From NCBI GenBank assembly GCA_046538485.1, contig JBKHIT010000011.1, positions 1 through 64,000 on the forward strand: 64,000 nt of DNA. Reading direction: 5' to 3'. The stretch is from Candidatus Brocadiia bacterium. GTDB lineage: Bacteria > Planctomycetota > Brocadiia > SM23-32. The position numbers and the translations under genes were made by a program. Within the stretch, counting starts at the first letter, position 1, and every line of letters begins with the position of its first letter. The notes below the pieces were generated by a model. That model did no database searches, was not told the DNA's origin, and saw only the letters and a list, made by a program, of their open reading frames with translations. Below are positions 29,750 through 39,130 of the stretch, one piece after another.

Positions 29750-29756
29750 GGGTCTT

Positions 29757-31130
29757 TCAGAATTGTCTCTGCGAGGAAGCAGCTCCAAAGCGCAGCCACC
29801 GTTTCCAAAATGCGAGACGGCAGACGCCGGTAGGACCATTTCTTTGTTTGGCAACGATCAGCTCGGCGGGTGATGGGGGGATGTCATTCCTCTGGTTGCC
29901 GGGGTCCGACATGTCAAAACCTTCCTCGTTATCCTGTGGCCGGTGCAACAGCATAATGACATCGGCGTCCTGTTCGATAGCCCCGCTTTCCCTCAGATCG
30001 CTCATCCGGGGACGCCGTCCTTCTTTTTCCACTGAGCGGTTAAGTTGGGCGACCGCAACCACGGGAATATTCAGCTCTCTGGCCAGTGCTTTCAAACCCG
30101 CACTTATTTCCGCCACTTCCACAGCCCGGTTGTCGCGGCTGTGGGGAGGACGGACGAGCTGGAGGTAATCAACGACAATCACGCTTACGTCGTTTTGATG
30201 CTTCATGCGGCGTGCGCGAGCTCTCAAATCTCCAATCCGTACAGCGGGCAGGTCATCGACGTAGAGCGGCATACTCGCCAGATCTTCGATACTTTCCTCG
30301 AGTGCATCCCATTCTTTATCGCCAAGAGTGCCTTTGCGGAAATCCTGTGTATCGAGTTTTAGATGCATGCACAGGATATTGCTGACGATTTGTTCCGCGC
30401 GCATCTCGAGTGAATAGAGGGCTGCCGGCATTCGTTCGTTCAGACAAACGTTGTGCAGAAAGTTAAGCGCGAAAGTAGTCTTTCCAACACTTGGCCGTGC
30501 GGCGATGACAACAAATTCCCCCGGCTGCAGACCGCTGGTGATATTGTCGAGATCCTGGAATCCGGTAGGGATTCCGGTAAGCTGCCCGGGATTTTGATGT
30601 CGTTCGTCGATCTTAGGCATTAAATCGAGCAGAACAGTGCGCATATCCTGGAACCGGCTGCCTTCTTTCATGTGACGGACCGAGAGGATGTCGCTTTCCG
30701 CTTCGTCGAGCAACGCTTCCACATCCTGACCGTCCTGGTAAGAAGATTTCAGGATACCCGTAGAGGTTTCGATTAGTTTTCTTCGGACGGCGTGTTCGTG
30801 AACGATTTCGATGTAGTACTCGACGTTGGCGCTTGTGGGCACGGCTTCCATCAGTTCCTGGAGGTACCCGACTCCGCCCGCGTCCTCAAGTTTATCCTGG
30901 TTCTTCAACTCGTCTCTGAGAAGGATGAGGTCAACGGTATTTCGTTTATCGGCGAGGTTGAGTATTCCAGAAAAAATGTCCTGATGTGCAAGTTTATAGA
31001 AAGAGTTGCGATCAAGACGTTCTCGGGAGAGAAAAATCGCATCGGGGGAAAGCAACATTGAGCCGAGGACACCCATCTCGGCCTGAATGTCGTGTGGCAA
31101 GGCACGCGGGGCGATATTTTCATCGGCCAT
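29757..31130 (-). CDS. dnaB: Replicative DNA helicase
   Basis: AARPSVGKT, VVDYLQL, SDLRESGAIEQDAD, KQRNGPTG; GGGAGG SD; no intein. Confidence 0.98.
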   Translation of the reverse strand: MADENIAPRALPHDIQAEMGVLGSMLLSPDAIFLSRERLDRNSFYKLAHQDIFSGILNLADKRNTVDLILLRDELKNQDKLEDAGGVGYLQELMEAVPTSANVEYYIEIVHEHAVRRKLIETSTGILKSSYQDGQDVEALLDEAESDILSVRHMKEGSRFQDMRTVLLDLMPKIDERHQNPGQLTGIPTGFQDLDNITSGLQPGEFVVIAARPSVGKTTFALNFLHNVCLNERMPAALYSLEMRAEQIVSNILCMHLKLDTQDFRKGTLGDKEWDALEESIEDLASMPLYVDDLPAVRIGDLRARARRMKHQNDVSVIVVDYLQLVRPPHSRDNRAVEVAEISAGLKALARELNIPVVAVAQLNRSVEKEGRRPRMSDLRESGAIEQDADVIMLLHRPQDNEEGFDMSDPGNQRNDIPPSPAELIVAKQRNGPTGVCRLAFWKRWLRFGAASSQRQF

Positions 31131-31216
31131 ACTGTATCGCCTCCCTGCAGGAAATACTACGAGCCTTACACCAAACCAGCAATGCCAACAACGGGTTGCC
31201 GGCATGCCGTATTACG

Positions 31217-31690
31217 TCAAATTTCTTCCATCTGCTCGGACTCGTCCCGGGCGACCACCTCAACCGTGATCGTAACCTGGACATCCGGATGAAGCATGAC
31301 GTCCACTTCATATTCGCCGGTTTCTTCAAACGGACGGGTGATAACAATATTAGCGGGGCGGACAGATTCGAATCCGTTGGCGACCAGAGCGTCTGCGATT
31401 TTTGCCGCTCCCACAGAACCGAACAGGTGGCCTTCTTCTGTTGCTTTCGCATAAACGGCGCACTCAAGCCCCTTGAGATCCTGAGCAACATCTTCAACCC
31501 GCTCCAGCTCTTCCTGGTCCCGTTTCTGACGGGCCTTTTGCGCTTGCTTAACCTCATTGAGGTTTGATTCGGTTACTTCTACCGCCAATCGTCGGGGAAG
31601 AAGATAATTGCGGGCATAGCCATCGGCTACGTCAACGACTTCGCCGATCTGACCAAGATTTTCCACGTCTTCTCGCAGCAGAACTTCCAT
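31217..31690 (-). CDS. rplI: 50S ribosomal protein L9
   Basis: MEVLLREDVENLG...GYARNYLLP, GHLFGSV. Confidence 0.98.
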   Translation of the reverse strand: MEVLLREDVENLGQIGEVVDVADGYARNYLLPRRLAVEVTESNLNEVKQAQKARQKRDQEELERVEDVAQDLKGLECAVYAKATEEGHLFGSVGAAKIADALVANGFESVRPANIVITRPFEETGEYEVDVMLHPDVQVTITVEVVARDESEQMEEI

Positions 31691-31748
31691 TTCTGCTTTC
31701 CTTCCTCTCGTGCCGGGACTATAGCCGGGCAAATTTCAGGTGCTCGGC

Positions 31749-32237
31749 CTAAAAAGGTATCTCGTCGTCGGAAACATCGAATCCTACGTCTTCTGCCGGT
31801 TCTTGATCCGGCTTTTGCTGCTTTTGTTGTTGTTTCTTTGGGGGTTGCTTTTTTGGCTGACCCGATCCACCGCCTTGTGATTTGCCCCGTGAAGAGCCAC
31901 CAGACGGTCCTCTCCCGCCGATGAACTCGAAATTCTCCGCCACAACTGTCAGTTTACTTCTTCGGCCGTCAGCAGTCTCCCATTGGTCGAGTTTGAGGCG
32001 GCCTTCGATGAATATCGGGTCTCCTTTGCTGAAATACTCACTGATAACTTCCCCTCGTCGACCCCACATCGTGATGTCGACAAAGCAGGCTTCTTCCCGT
32101 TGCTCTCCGTCCCGGTTTGTCCAGGTTCGGTTCGTTGCCATCCCAAACTCGCAGAGCGAGGTCCCGCTTGGGGTGTAGCGGAGTTCAGGATCCCGCGTCA
32201 GGTTCCCCATCAAAAAAACTTTGTTGAAATTTGCCAT
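31749..32237 (-). CDS. ssb: Single-stranded DNA-binding protein
   Basis: NKVFLMGNLTRDPELRYT; C-terminal DDEIPF. Confidence 0.98.
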   Translation of the reverse strand: MANFNKVFLMGNLTRDPELRYTPSGTSLCEFGMATNRTWTNRDGEQREEACFVDITMWGRRGEVISEYFSKGDPIFIEGRLKLDQWETADGRRSKLTVVAENFEFIGGRGPSGGSSRGKSQGGGSGQPKKQPPKKQQQKQQKPDQEPAEDVGFDVSDDEIPF

Positions 32238-32295
32238 TTTGGCTCCCCATGAGAATAGGAAAATTTAGCTTGCAAAATACCTGCCCGCGCCGAAT

Positions 32296-32769
32296 TTACA
32301 GTTCTTCGTTTTCCTCTGCCTCGGCGGTAACGGTTTCTTCCTGCTCTTCGTCTTCTTCTTCTATTTCTTTCTCTTTCTCCTCTTCGTCAATAGGTGTTGG
32401 TTCTGGGCTTTTCTCTTCGGCACTTTCTTCCTGAAGTTCACCTTCGGGGTTGTAGATATCTCCTTCAGGAGGTGGCACTTCGTCAATTTTCAAAATGAGC
32501 ACTCGCAGTATCTCTTCCGATAAGTTAATAGCTCGTCGCAGGGGTTCAACACGTGCCGGATCGGCACGGAAATACACCAGGACGTAAATTCCTCGATCGA
32601 CGCGCTTTATGCGGTAAGCAAGCTTGCGCTCGGCCCATTTTTCAATGCGCTCAATCGTGGCTTCTTCCCTGGTGAGAAGTCCCGAAATATGGCGAATTAA
32701 TGCTGGCAACTCGGATCCACCTTTTGCCGCATCCGCCAGGAACATGGCTTCATATAATTGATCTTTCAA
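32296..32769 (-). CDS. rpsF: 30S ribosomal protein S6 with long acidic tail
   Basis: YEAMFL, WAERKLAYRIK, ILRVLI. Confidence 0.96.
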   Translation of the reverse strand: MKDQLYEAMFLADAAKGGSELPALIRHISGLLTREEATIERIEKWAERKLAYRIKRVDRGIYVLVYFRADPARVEPLRRAINLSEEILRVLILKIDEVPPPEGDIYNPEGELQEESAEEKSPEPTPIDEEEKEKEIEEEDEEQEETVTAEAEENEEL

Positions 32770-32819
32770 TGCTTTTTCCTCCGTTTCGCCAACAAAATTT
32801 CTGTTTGTATCTTATCGTT

Positions 32820-33404
32820 TCAATTTTCGTCGGTTTCTACCGTTCCATTATACCGGCTCATGCAGCTTTCAATGCTTTGTTCCAACCAGCACAGAACAGC
32901 ATCCACCCCGTGGGCAACCATTTGCTCCACCGTTTCATACTGACTGTCACTGAATGGACTCAGCACAAAGTCACGGCTATCCTGCTCGGGCGGACAGGGG
33001 CCGATTCCCAGTCTCATCCGTGGAACTTCTTCGGTTCCCAGGGCATCCAGCACCGATTGTAGACCGCGATGACCACCGGACGAGCCTCCCGTGCGCAGAC
33101 GCAAAGTGCCTACCGGCAAGGCCAGATCGTCCATAATAATGAGAACGTTTTCAAGCTCCGCTGACGTTTCATGGATCATAGCGGCAACAGCTCGTCCGCT
33201 GGCGTTCATCCAGGTCAGAGGTTTGACCAGCGTGAGTTCTCGTCCGGGCACCCTGGTGATCAGTGAAGTCCACCGTTCTCGTTCGGCACCGAATCCAACG
33301 CGATCACCCACGCTGTCGAGCACCCACCAGCCGAGATTGTGGCGGGTGTTAATGTAACGTTTTCCCGGATTGCCAAGGCCGACAGCATATTTCACGATCG
33401 GCAC
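32820..33404 (-). CDS. pth: Peptidyl-tRNA hydrolase
   Basis: VGLGNPG...TRHNLG, KPLTWMNASG, GGHRGL. Confidence 0.97.
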   Translation of the reverse strand: MPIVKYAVGLGNPGKRYINTRHNLGWWVLDSVGDRVGFGAERERWTSLITRVPGRELTLVKPLTWMNASGRAVAAMIHETSAELENVLIIMDDLALPVGTLRLRTGGSSGGHRGLQSVLDALGTEEVPRMRLGIGPCPPEQDSRDFVLSPFSDSQYETVEQMVAHGVDAVLCWLEQSIESCMSRYNGTVETDEN

Positions 33405-33461
33405 ACCTCAAAGTAAGACGTTCCAGTCAACACGCCGCCGGCAAAAGCTTCCTTCCACTTC

Positions 33462-34157
33462 CTATTCCTCTTCGGGAGCTTCTTCGGCTTCGGGTGCTTC
33501 GGGCTCTTCCTGGCCCTCCTCGAGCATCTCTTCTTCCTCTTCCTCGCGTCCAATAACTTCCGGTTCGGCCAGAATTTCTTCGGCCAATTCTTCTTCCTCT
33601 TCTCCCACCATCTCCATGGGCGGTACGCATGTTACCACAACGGTGTTCGGTTCGGGAACCGGTTCCACCCCCTGAGGGAATGCAACGTTGCGTATCCGCA
33701 AATCATCTCCGATCTCGAGAGGGCCAACTTCAACGCGAATCTCCTCGGGTATGTTAACGGGGAGACACTCCACCTCAATCTCGTGCATCACAAGCTCGAG
33801 AACCCCGCCTTCTTTGACGCCTTCAGGTTCTCCATGAGCCTCGACGGGGACCGAAACCTGAACGGTTTCGGAGAGAGAAATTCTGCCCAAATCCGTGTGG
33901 AGAATGTTATCTCCCAGTGCGTCATATTGCACTTCCCTGATCTGGACGGGTTGGCTATTGCCATCCCATTCGACTTCCAGAATCAGCGTGTGTTCTTTGA
34001 GCAAATGTTCAAGTTCGTTCTGCTGCACTGTCAACAATACATTTCCCTCACCCCGCCCGTACATTACGGCGGGGATCAGGCCCCGTTTTCGCAGACGCCG
34101 ACAGGGCCGTGTGCCGCGTTCTTCCCGCGGCCACGCTTGTATTGTGGGGATATCCAT
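33462..34157 (-). CDS. rplY: 50S ribosomal protein L25/Ctc with acidic tail
   Basis: RRLRKRGLIPAVMYG, ILHTD, GVKEGG; AAGGAG SD. Confidence 0.96.
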   Translation of the reverse strand: MDIPTIQAWPREERGTRPCRRLRKRGLIPAVMYGRGEGNVLLTVQQNELEHLLKEHTLILEVEWDGNSQPVQIREVQYDALGDNILHTDLGRISLSETVQVSVPVEAHGEPEGVKEGGVLELVMHEIEVECLPVNIPEEIRVEVGPLEIGDDLRIRNVAFPQGVEPVPEPNTVVVTCVPPMEMVGEEEEELAEEILAEPEVIGREEEEEEMLEEGQEEPEAPEAEEAPEEE

Positions 34158-34321
34158 TTCGATACTTCTCCTTGCTAATGATCGCCTCGTGCGGAAAAGG
34201 GAATAAGCCCGCCGAAGGTAGGTTGTCGAGCCAAGCTTCAAGGCATCGGCTGCTCGGGAATGCGCCGCCCGACGGATCCCGCAACACAAAATGCCCATAT
34301 CGGCCCTTAAAACAAGATATG

Positions 34322-34350
34322 CTTATATCATACCGCCACTAAAGTGTCAA
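34322..34350 (-). promoter_or_regulatory. Sigma70 promoter of the rplY-pth-rpsF operon
   Basis: Minus strand TTGACA-N17-TATAAG with extended -10 TG; implies a leader of about 160 nt. Confidence 0.65.
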
Positions 34351-34492
34351 ACGAGGCTATCAGTCGGAATCACTGCCCAACCCCAAAATTCCCACGGCGA
34401 ACCTGCAATTCACCTGCCCGTTCAGTTGCCAAATATCGCATATTTTTAGCGCTGAAACGTGTTTTTTCAACCGGCAAGGATAATCTCCGCCT

Positions 34493-34520
34493 TTGTTACC
34501 TTTCTCCCGATTCGTATAAT
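34493..34520 (+). promoter_or_regulatory. Putative promoter of the amidohydrolase gene
   Basis: TTGTTA-N16-TATAAT. Confidence 0.5.
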
Positions 34521-34592
34521 GTCATCATTTACGTTCCATAGCGCGCACCTCTGATGCGTCGGTAAAATCCGGTAGAAATATGGGAGATTCCC

Positions 34593-35420
34593 GTGATTGA
34601 TACACATACGCACCTTCACTACAGTGGCCGCCTTCCGGATGAGCCTGCAGGAATCACGGCCGAGAAACTGATTGAAACCATGTCTGAGCGCAGTATCGAT
34701 ATTTCCGTTTTGCTTCCGATGGAAACCCCCGAACTGACGAGTGGTTTCTGTCTCACGGAATGGGTGATCGAAGCCGCTGAACAGTTTCCGGAGCAGCTCG
34801 TGCCGTTTATGCATTTTGATCCCCGCAAACCACGTTGCGTCGACCTGATTGAGCATTTTAACGCCCATCCACTCGTGCGAGGCTTTGGCGAACTGGTTGA
34901 CCCTTTGCCTTTTGATGATCCGCGACGCCTCAAAATCTACGATAAATGCGGAGAACTGGGGCTCCCGCTCGTTTTCTACGGCGATAAAAACGCATCGGTG
35001 GACGAACCCGGTTTGCCTCGTCTGGAGAGATGTTTGCGCGATTTTCCCGATACGATTTTTATCGGTCACGGATCCCGATGGTGGAACGCGATTTCAGCCG
35101 AGGATGACGGCGAATGCGGCTACCCAGGTGGAGAGGTTGTCCCCGGCGGGCCCGCTGACCGGTTCCTGCAGGAGTACGAAAATATGTATGCAGATATTTC
35201 GGCGCGTTCGGGCTACAACGCATTGATGCGCGATCCTGAATTTACCCTTGGGTTCATCGAACGTAACTGGCGGAAATTGTTCTTCGCCACAGATTACCTC
35301 GACGTAGACCATGAGATCGGCCATGTGCGGTGGATACGCGAAACTCCAATGGATGAAAAACACCGGTATGCGATCGCAGAGGGTAACGCCCGTCGGGTCC
35401 TGGGATTAGGCCCTGTCTGA
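34593..35420 (+). CDS. Amidohydrolase-2 family metal-dependent hydrolase
   Basis: IDTHTH, FIGHG, YADIS, LFFATD, IAEGNARRVL. Confidence 0.9.
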   Translation: MIDTHTHLHYSGRLPDEPAGITAEKLIETMSERSIDISVLLPMETPELTSGFCLTEWVIEAAEQFPEQLVPFMHFDPRKPRCVDLIEHFNAHPLVRGFGELVDPLPFDDPRRLKIYDKCGELGLPLVFYGDKNASVDEPGLPRLERCLRDFPDTIFIGHGSRWWNAISAEDDGECGYPGGEVVPGGPADRFLQEYENMYADISARSGYNALMRDPEFTLGFIERNWRKLFFATDYLDVDHEIGHVRWIRETPMDEKHRYAIAEGNARRVLGLGPV

Positions 35421-35615
35421 AAATACGGATCTGGATTCGAGCGGCTTAATTTGCGGCTGGCTTTGTCCGCCTGCATCGGCTTATCTCCACTGGACAGGTC
35501 TGCTTCGGCATCCGCGCCAGCCACAAATGGGCTCGCTCTCGGTCCGCCGACCGTATTCTCAGACACAGCCTCGACGAGTGAAAAAATCGCGCCACGCAAA
35601 CCCTACGAAGGCCAC

Positions 35616-38600
35616 TCAGACGTTTTCCAAAAACGATTTCAAAAAGTCCCCGATTTCGCGCGGTGAATCGGCGGAATCAGGCAGTATTAACATACTGAGA
35701 TCCTGATCGATCATTTTAAGTTCCCCCCTTCGGTTCACGACACGATTTTTGAATTTCCCCGGGTCCCTCAGCGTCATTTCCGCATTATGGTCGCGCAAAT
35801 GGATTGAGTCCACACCCGCCTTATCGGCCAGAATGCGAATTTCCGCTTCCAACAAGAGGTTTTGCACGGGTTCAGGGATCGGCCCATAACGATCCCGCAA
35901 TTCGCGTTTTACCGCATCGATGTCCGCCAGTTTTGTGGCCTCGCTGGCCTTTCGATAGAAAGCAACGCGTTGTTGGAGAGCCGGCATATATTGCTCCGGG
36001 ACATACAGGTCGAGGCCGATATTCACTGTGGTAACCGGCGGTTCTTCGACAGCTTCGCCTTTCAGCCTTGCGGTGGCTCGCGACAGAAGCCGACAGTACA
36101 GGTTATATCCCACCGCTGCCACATGCCCGGATTGTTCCGGGCCGAGGATGTTCCCCGCACCGCGCAGTTCGAGGTCGCGGAGCGCGATGTCAAACCCTGC
36201 GCCCAATCGGCTATAACGCCGGATAGCGTCAAGCCGTTTCCTTGCCTCGGGGGTGATCGGTCTGTCTGGAGGCGTGAAGAAATAAGCGTACGCTTTGTGG
36301 ATATATCGTCCGACTCGTCCTCGTAGCTGATGCATCTCCGCCAGACCCAGGAGTTCGGCTCGATTCACGATCAGTGTGTTTGCGTTTGGAATGTCCAGCC
36401 CATTCTCGATAATCGTCGTGCTTACCAGCACGTCCACTTCACCGTCCGTAAATCTTTCCATTGCTGTGGCGAGTTGCCGTTCCGGCATCTGGCCGTGTGC
36501 GATAGCTACGGTGGCCTCGGGCACCAGCTTGCGGAGCTTATCGGCGATTTTGTCGATACTGTTGACGCGGTTATGGACGAGATAAACCTGCCCTTCCCGG
36601 TTCATCTCCCGCTGGATCGCGTGGGTCAACAGCTGTGGATCGAATTTCCTCACGCGGGTTTCAATGGCCTGGCGTGACCGAGGCGCTGTTTGAAGCGCCG
36701 AGATGTCACGCAGTCCCATCAGCGACATGTGGAGCGTTCGCGGGATGGGAGTGGCGGTAAGCGTCAGGACATCGACCGATGCACGCATTTGCTTCAGGGT
36801 TTCCTTGTGCCGCACTCCGAACCGCTGCTCTTCATCGATAATAATCAGGCCCAGATCTTTGAAACGGACATCATCCTGCAACAAACGGTGGGTCCCGATC
36901 ACAATATCCACTTTCCCGTCGGCCATGTCTTCCACGATTTCCCGGCTCTGAGCGGGCGTGATGAACCGACTCAGCATTTCGATGCGGATTGGGTAATCCG
37001 CCATGCGGTCGCTGAAAGTCCAGAAATGCTGCTGGGCGAGGACGGTGGTCGGAACCAGCATCGCGCACTGCCGTTCGCCCATGACGCATTTGAACGCCGC
37101 CCGCATCGCGACCTCGGTCTTGCCGTAGCCTACATCTCCGCAGACCAGCCGGTCCATCGGTCGATCCGCTTCCATGTCACTTTTCACATCTTCGATGGTC
37201 CGGAGCTGATCCTCAGTTTCTTCGTAGGGGAATTCGGCCTCAAACTGTTGCTGCCACTCGTTGTCAGATGGAAACGCGATTCCGCTTTTTGTCTGTCGCA
37301 CCGCCTGGATTCGAAGGAGTTCGGAGGCCAGATCTTCCACGGCACCCTCGGCTTTCTCCCGGGCGCGCCGCCAGCTCCGGCCGCGCAATTTGCTCAGGCT
37401 GGGTCGACGCCCACCGACACCGATGTACCGGTGGACCATCTCCACCCATTGAATGGGAACGTAGATCCGCGCGTTGTCCGCGAATTCAATTTCGAGATGT
37501 TCGCGCCGTCGTCCGTCGTCCTCCAGCACTTTCAGGCCCCGAAAACGCCCGATCCCATGCTGGACGTGCACGACGGTATCGCCGGGACGCAGCTCGGCAG
37601 CCTCGATCACCGGTTTTGTTTTCTCGGCGTGATGCAGCAGACGCCTCTGGCGATACCGGCCGAAGAGCCTGTGATGTGGGACCAGTGCGAGGGATCCGGT
37701 CGCGAAGACCGCCCCGTGATTCAGCCGCCCGCGCCGGAACCGTACTCGCCCGGCCGCGGCCAGGTCACGGTCGTCCAAAAGTTTGCGGAGGCGATCTTCC
37801 TCCGCCGAACTCATGCTGAATAAATAGGTTTTTTCGCATTCCCGACTGAGCCGGTCGAGTTCCTCAAGAGCGTCATCGACATCCACCCCGAAGACATCTC
37901 GGTGTTGGCACTCGATGTTATGGGCTTGATCTCCGTCGGATTCTTGATCTTCAGCAAAAAATTTTACCTGCTGTTGTTTCTCCACCCGAGACTGGAGTTC
38001 GCTGGCGGAATTGTAAAAGTTTTGCATCTCGCCGGCTGAAAGCTCTTGAGCTCGATGCCAGACCCGAGCAGATTCAACAATGAAAACGATCGGATTATCA
38101 ATATACGAAAGAAGCGATTCCTGCCCGACGCTCTGGTTTGCAAGCGGATCAGTTGGTGCTGTTAATTCACACAGTTCAATTCGTTGCCGGGATATCTGCG
38201 TCTCACAATCGAAGGTTCGAAGCGAATCGATCTGATCTCCGAAGAATTCCACGCGCACGGGCTTTTCCGCCCCGTGAGAAAAAATATCCAGGATGCCTCC
38301 GCGGAGACTGTATTGGCCCGGTTCAGAGATGCGGGGGACGCTGTAAAAACCGGCATCGACGAGCCATTCGACCAGCTCGTGCGGCCCGATCTGGTCGCCG
38401 ACCGAAAGGGCCCGAGAACCATTTTTGAGCGATTCCGCATCGCAGACCGGTTGCAGAAGCGCATTGATTCCGGCGCAAACGATCCGCGTTTCCGGTTGCG
38501 GCCCCAAAATGCCGGCCTCCGAGGGCTCATTGGTTCCGAAGACCAGGTGGCGCAGAACGGCCAACCGGGAGGTCAAAATTTCCTCGTTAGGGGCTTCTTC

Positions 38601-38876
38601 GTCGCCGGGCATGATCTCCAGGGCGGGGAAATGGCAGGCGAGGCCCGGTCGGAACAGATTAATATCTTCAGCAAAATCTTCGGCGTATTCGACTCCGGGA
38701 CAAAGAGCCAGACAATGATCTTCGAAGTCCTTCAGTAGAGCCGCTGTCACAACTGCTGCCCCGCTGGCCACAGGTCCGCGGATTGACACACTGCGCCCCT
38801 GCTCGAAGACTTTCCGCAGGCCTTCGAGTTCGTCGATCTTGCGAAGCTGCGTCAGCACACGTCTCACACCATCCAT
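35616..38876 (-). CDS. mfd: Transcription-repair coupling factor
   Basis: RGGILDIF, VVHVQHGIG, CGDVGYGKTEVA, DEEQRFGV, QLRGRVGR, RDLELRGAGNILG; the start may extend to 38927. Confidence 0.97.
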   Translation of the reverse strand: MDGVRRVLTQLRKIDELEGLRKVFEQGRSVSIRGPVASGAAVVTAALLKDFEDHCLALCPGVEYAEDFAEDINLFRPGLACHFPALEIMPGDEEAPNEEILTSRLAVLRHLVFGTNEPSEAGILGPQPETRIVCAGINALLQPVCDAESLKNGSRALSVGDQIGPHELVEWLVDAGFYSVPRISEPGQYSLRGGILDIFSHGAEKPVRVEFFGDQIDSLRTFDCETQISRQRIELCELTAPTDPLANQSVGQESLLSYIDNPIVFIVESARVWHRAQELSAGEMQNFYNSASELQSRVEKQQQVKFFAEDQESDGDQAHNIECQHRDVFGVDVDDALEELDRLSRECEKTYLFSMSSAEEDRLRKLLDDRDLAAAGRVRFRRGRLNHGAVFATGSLALVPHHRLFGRYRQRRLLHHAEKTKPVIEAAELRPGDTVVHVQHGIGRFRGLKVLEDDGRRREHLEIEFADNARIYVPIQWVEMVHRYIGVGGRRPSLSKLRGRSWRRAREKAEGAVEDLASELLRIQAVRQTKSGIAFPSDNEWQQQFEAEFPYEETEDQLRTIEDVKSDMEADRPMDRLVCGDVGYGKTEVAMRAAFKCVMGERQCAMLVPTTVLAQQHFWTFSDRMADYPIRIEMLSRFITPAQSREIVEDMADGKVDIVIGTHRLLQDDVRFKDLGLIIIDEEQRFGVRHKETLKQMRASVDVLTLTATPIPRTLHMSLMGLRDISALQTAPRSRQAIETRVRKFDPQLLTHAIQREMNREGQVYLVHNRVNSIDKIADKLRKLVPEATVAIAHGQMPERQLATAMERFTDGEVDVLVSTTIIENGLDIPNANTLIVNRAELLGLAEMHQLRGRVGRYIHKAYAYFFTPPDRPITPEARKRLDAIRRYSRLGAGFDIALRDLELRGAGNILGPEQSGHVAAVGYNLYCRLLSRATARLKGEAVEEPPVTTVNIGLDLYVPEQYMPALQQRVAFYRKASEATKLADIDAVKRELRDRYGPIPEPVQNLLLEAEIRILADKAGVDSIHLRDHNAEMTLRDPGKFKNRVVNRRGELKMIDQDLSMLILPDSADSPREIGDFLKSFLENV

Positions 38877-38974
38877 TGTACCGGCCCTGGGGCGGCTGAT
38901 AAATGGTAACGGCAAAATGGAAGACAATCGGAATTATACTGGCCCATGATACTTGATTTTTTGGGTAGAACGGA

Positions 38975-39074
38975 GAGATTGCCGCGTCGCCCAAACAACG
39001 GGCTCCTCGCAATGACGTTCTAAACGTGTTCCTGGTGATTGCGAGGCCGCCGTACGGCGTGCCGAAGCAATCTC
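38975..39074. repeat. Inverted pair of a second REP-like palindromic element (GTCATTGCGAG...GCAATCTC type)
   Basis: GAGATTGC (38975-82) pairs with GCAATCTC (39067-74); CCTCGCAATGAC (39005-16) pairs with GTGATTGCGAGG (39035-46); each arm has an internal mini-hairpin. Confidence 0.7.
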
Positions 39075-39130
39075 GGCCTTTTACCGGAGCCTATAACTTC
39101 AATTGTCACGAAGCACTGGATCGCGGCCAG

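Noticed and set aside
29757..31130. Intein in dnaB
   Set aside because: Normal length with contiguous helicase motifs.
34190..34283. tRNA-Gln, 6S or SRP RNA upstream of rplY
   Set aside because: Cloverleaf-like with TTG in the middle loop, but no T-loop GTTCRA, no D-loop GG, no CCA and no SRP CAGG/GGAA/AGCA motif.
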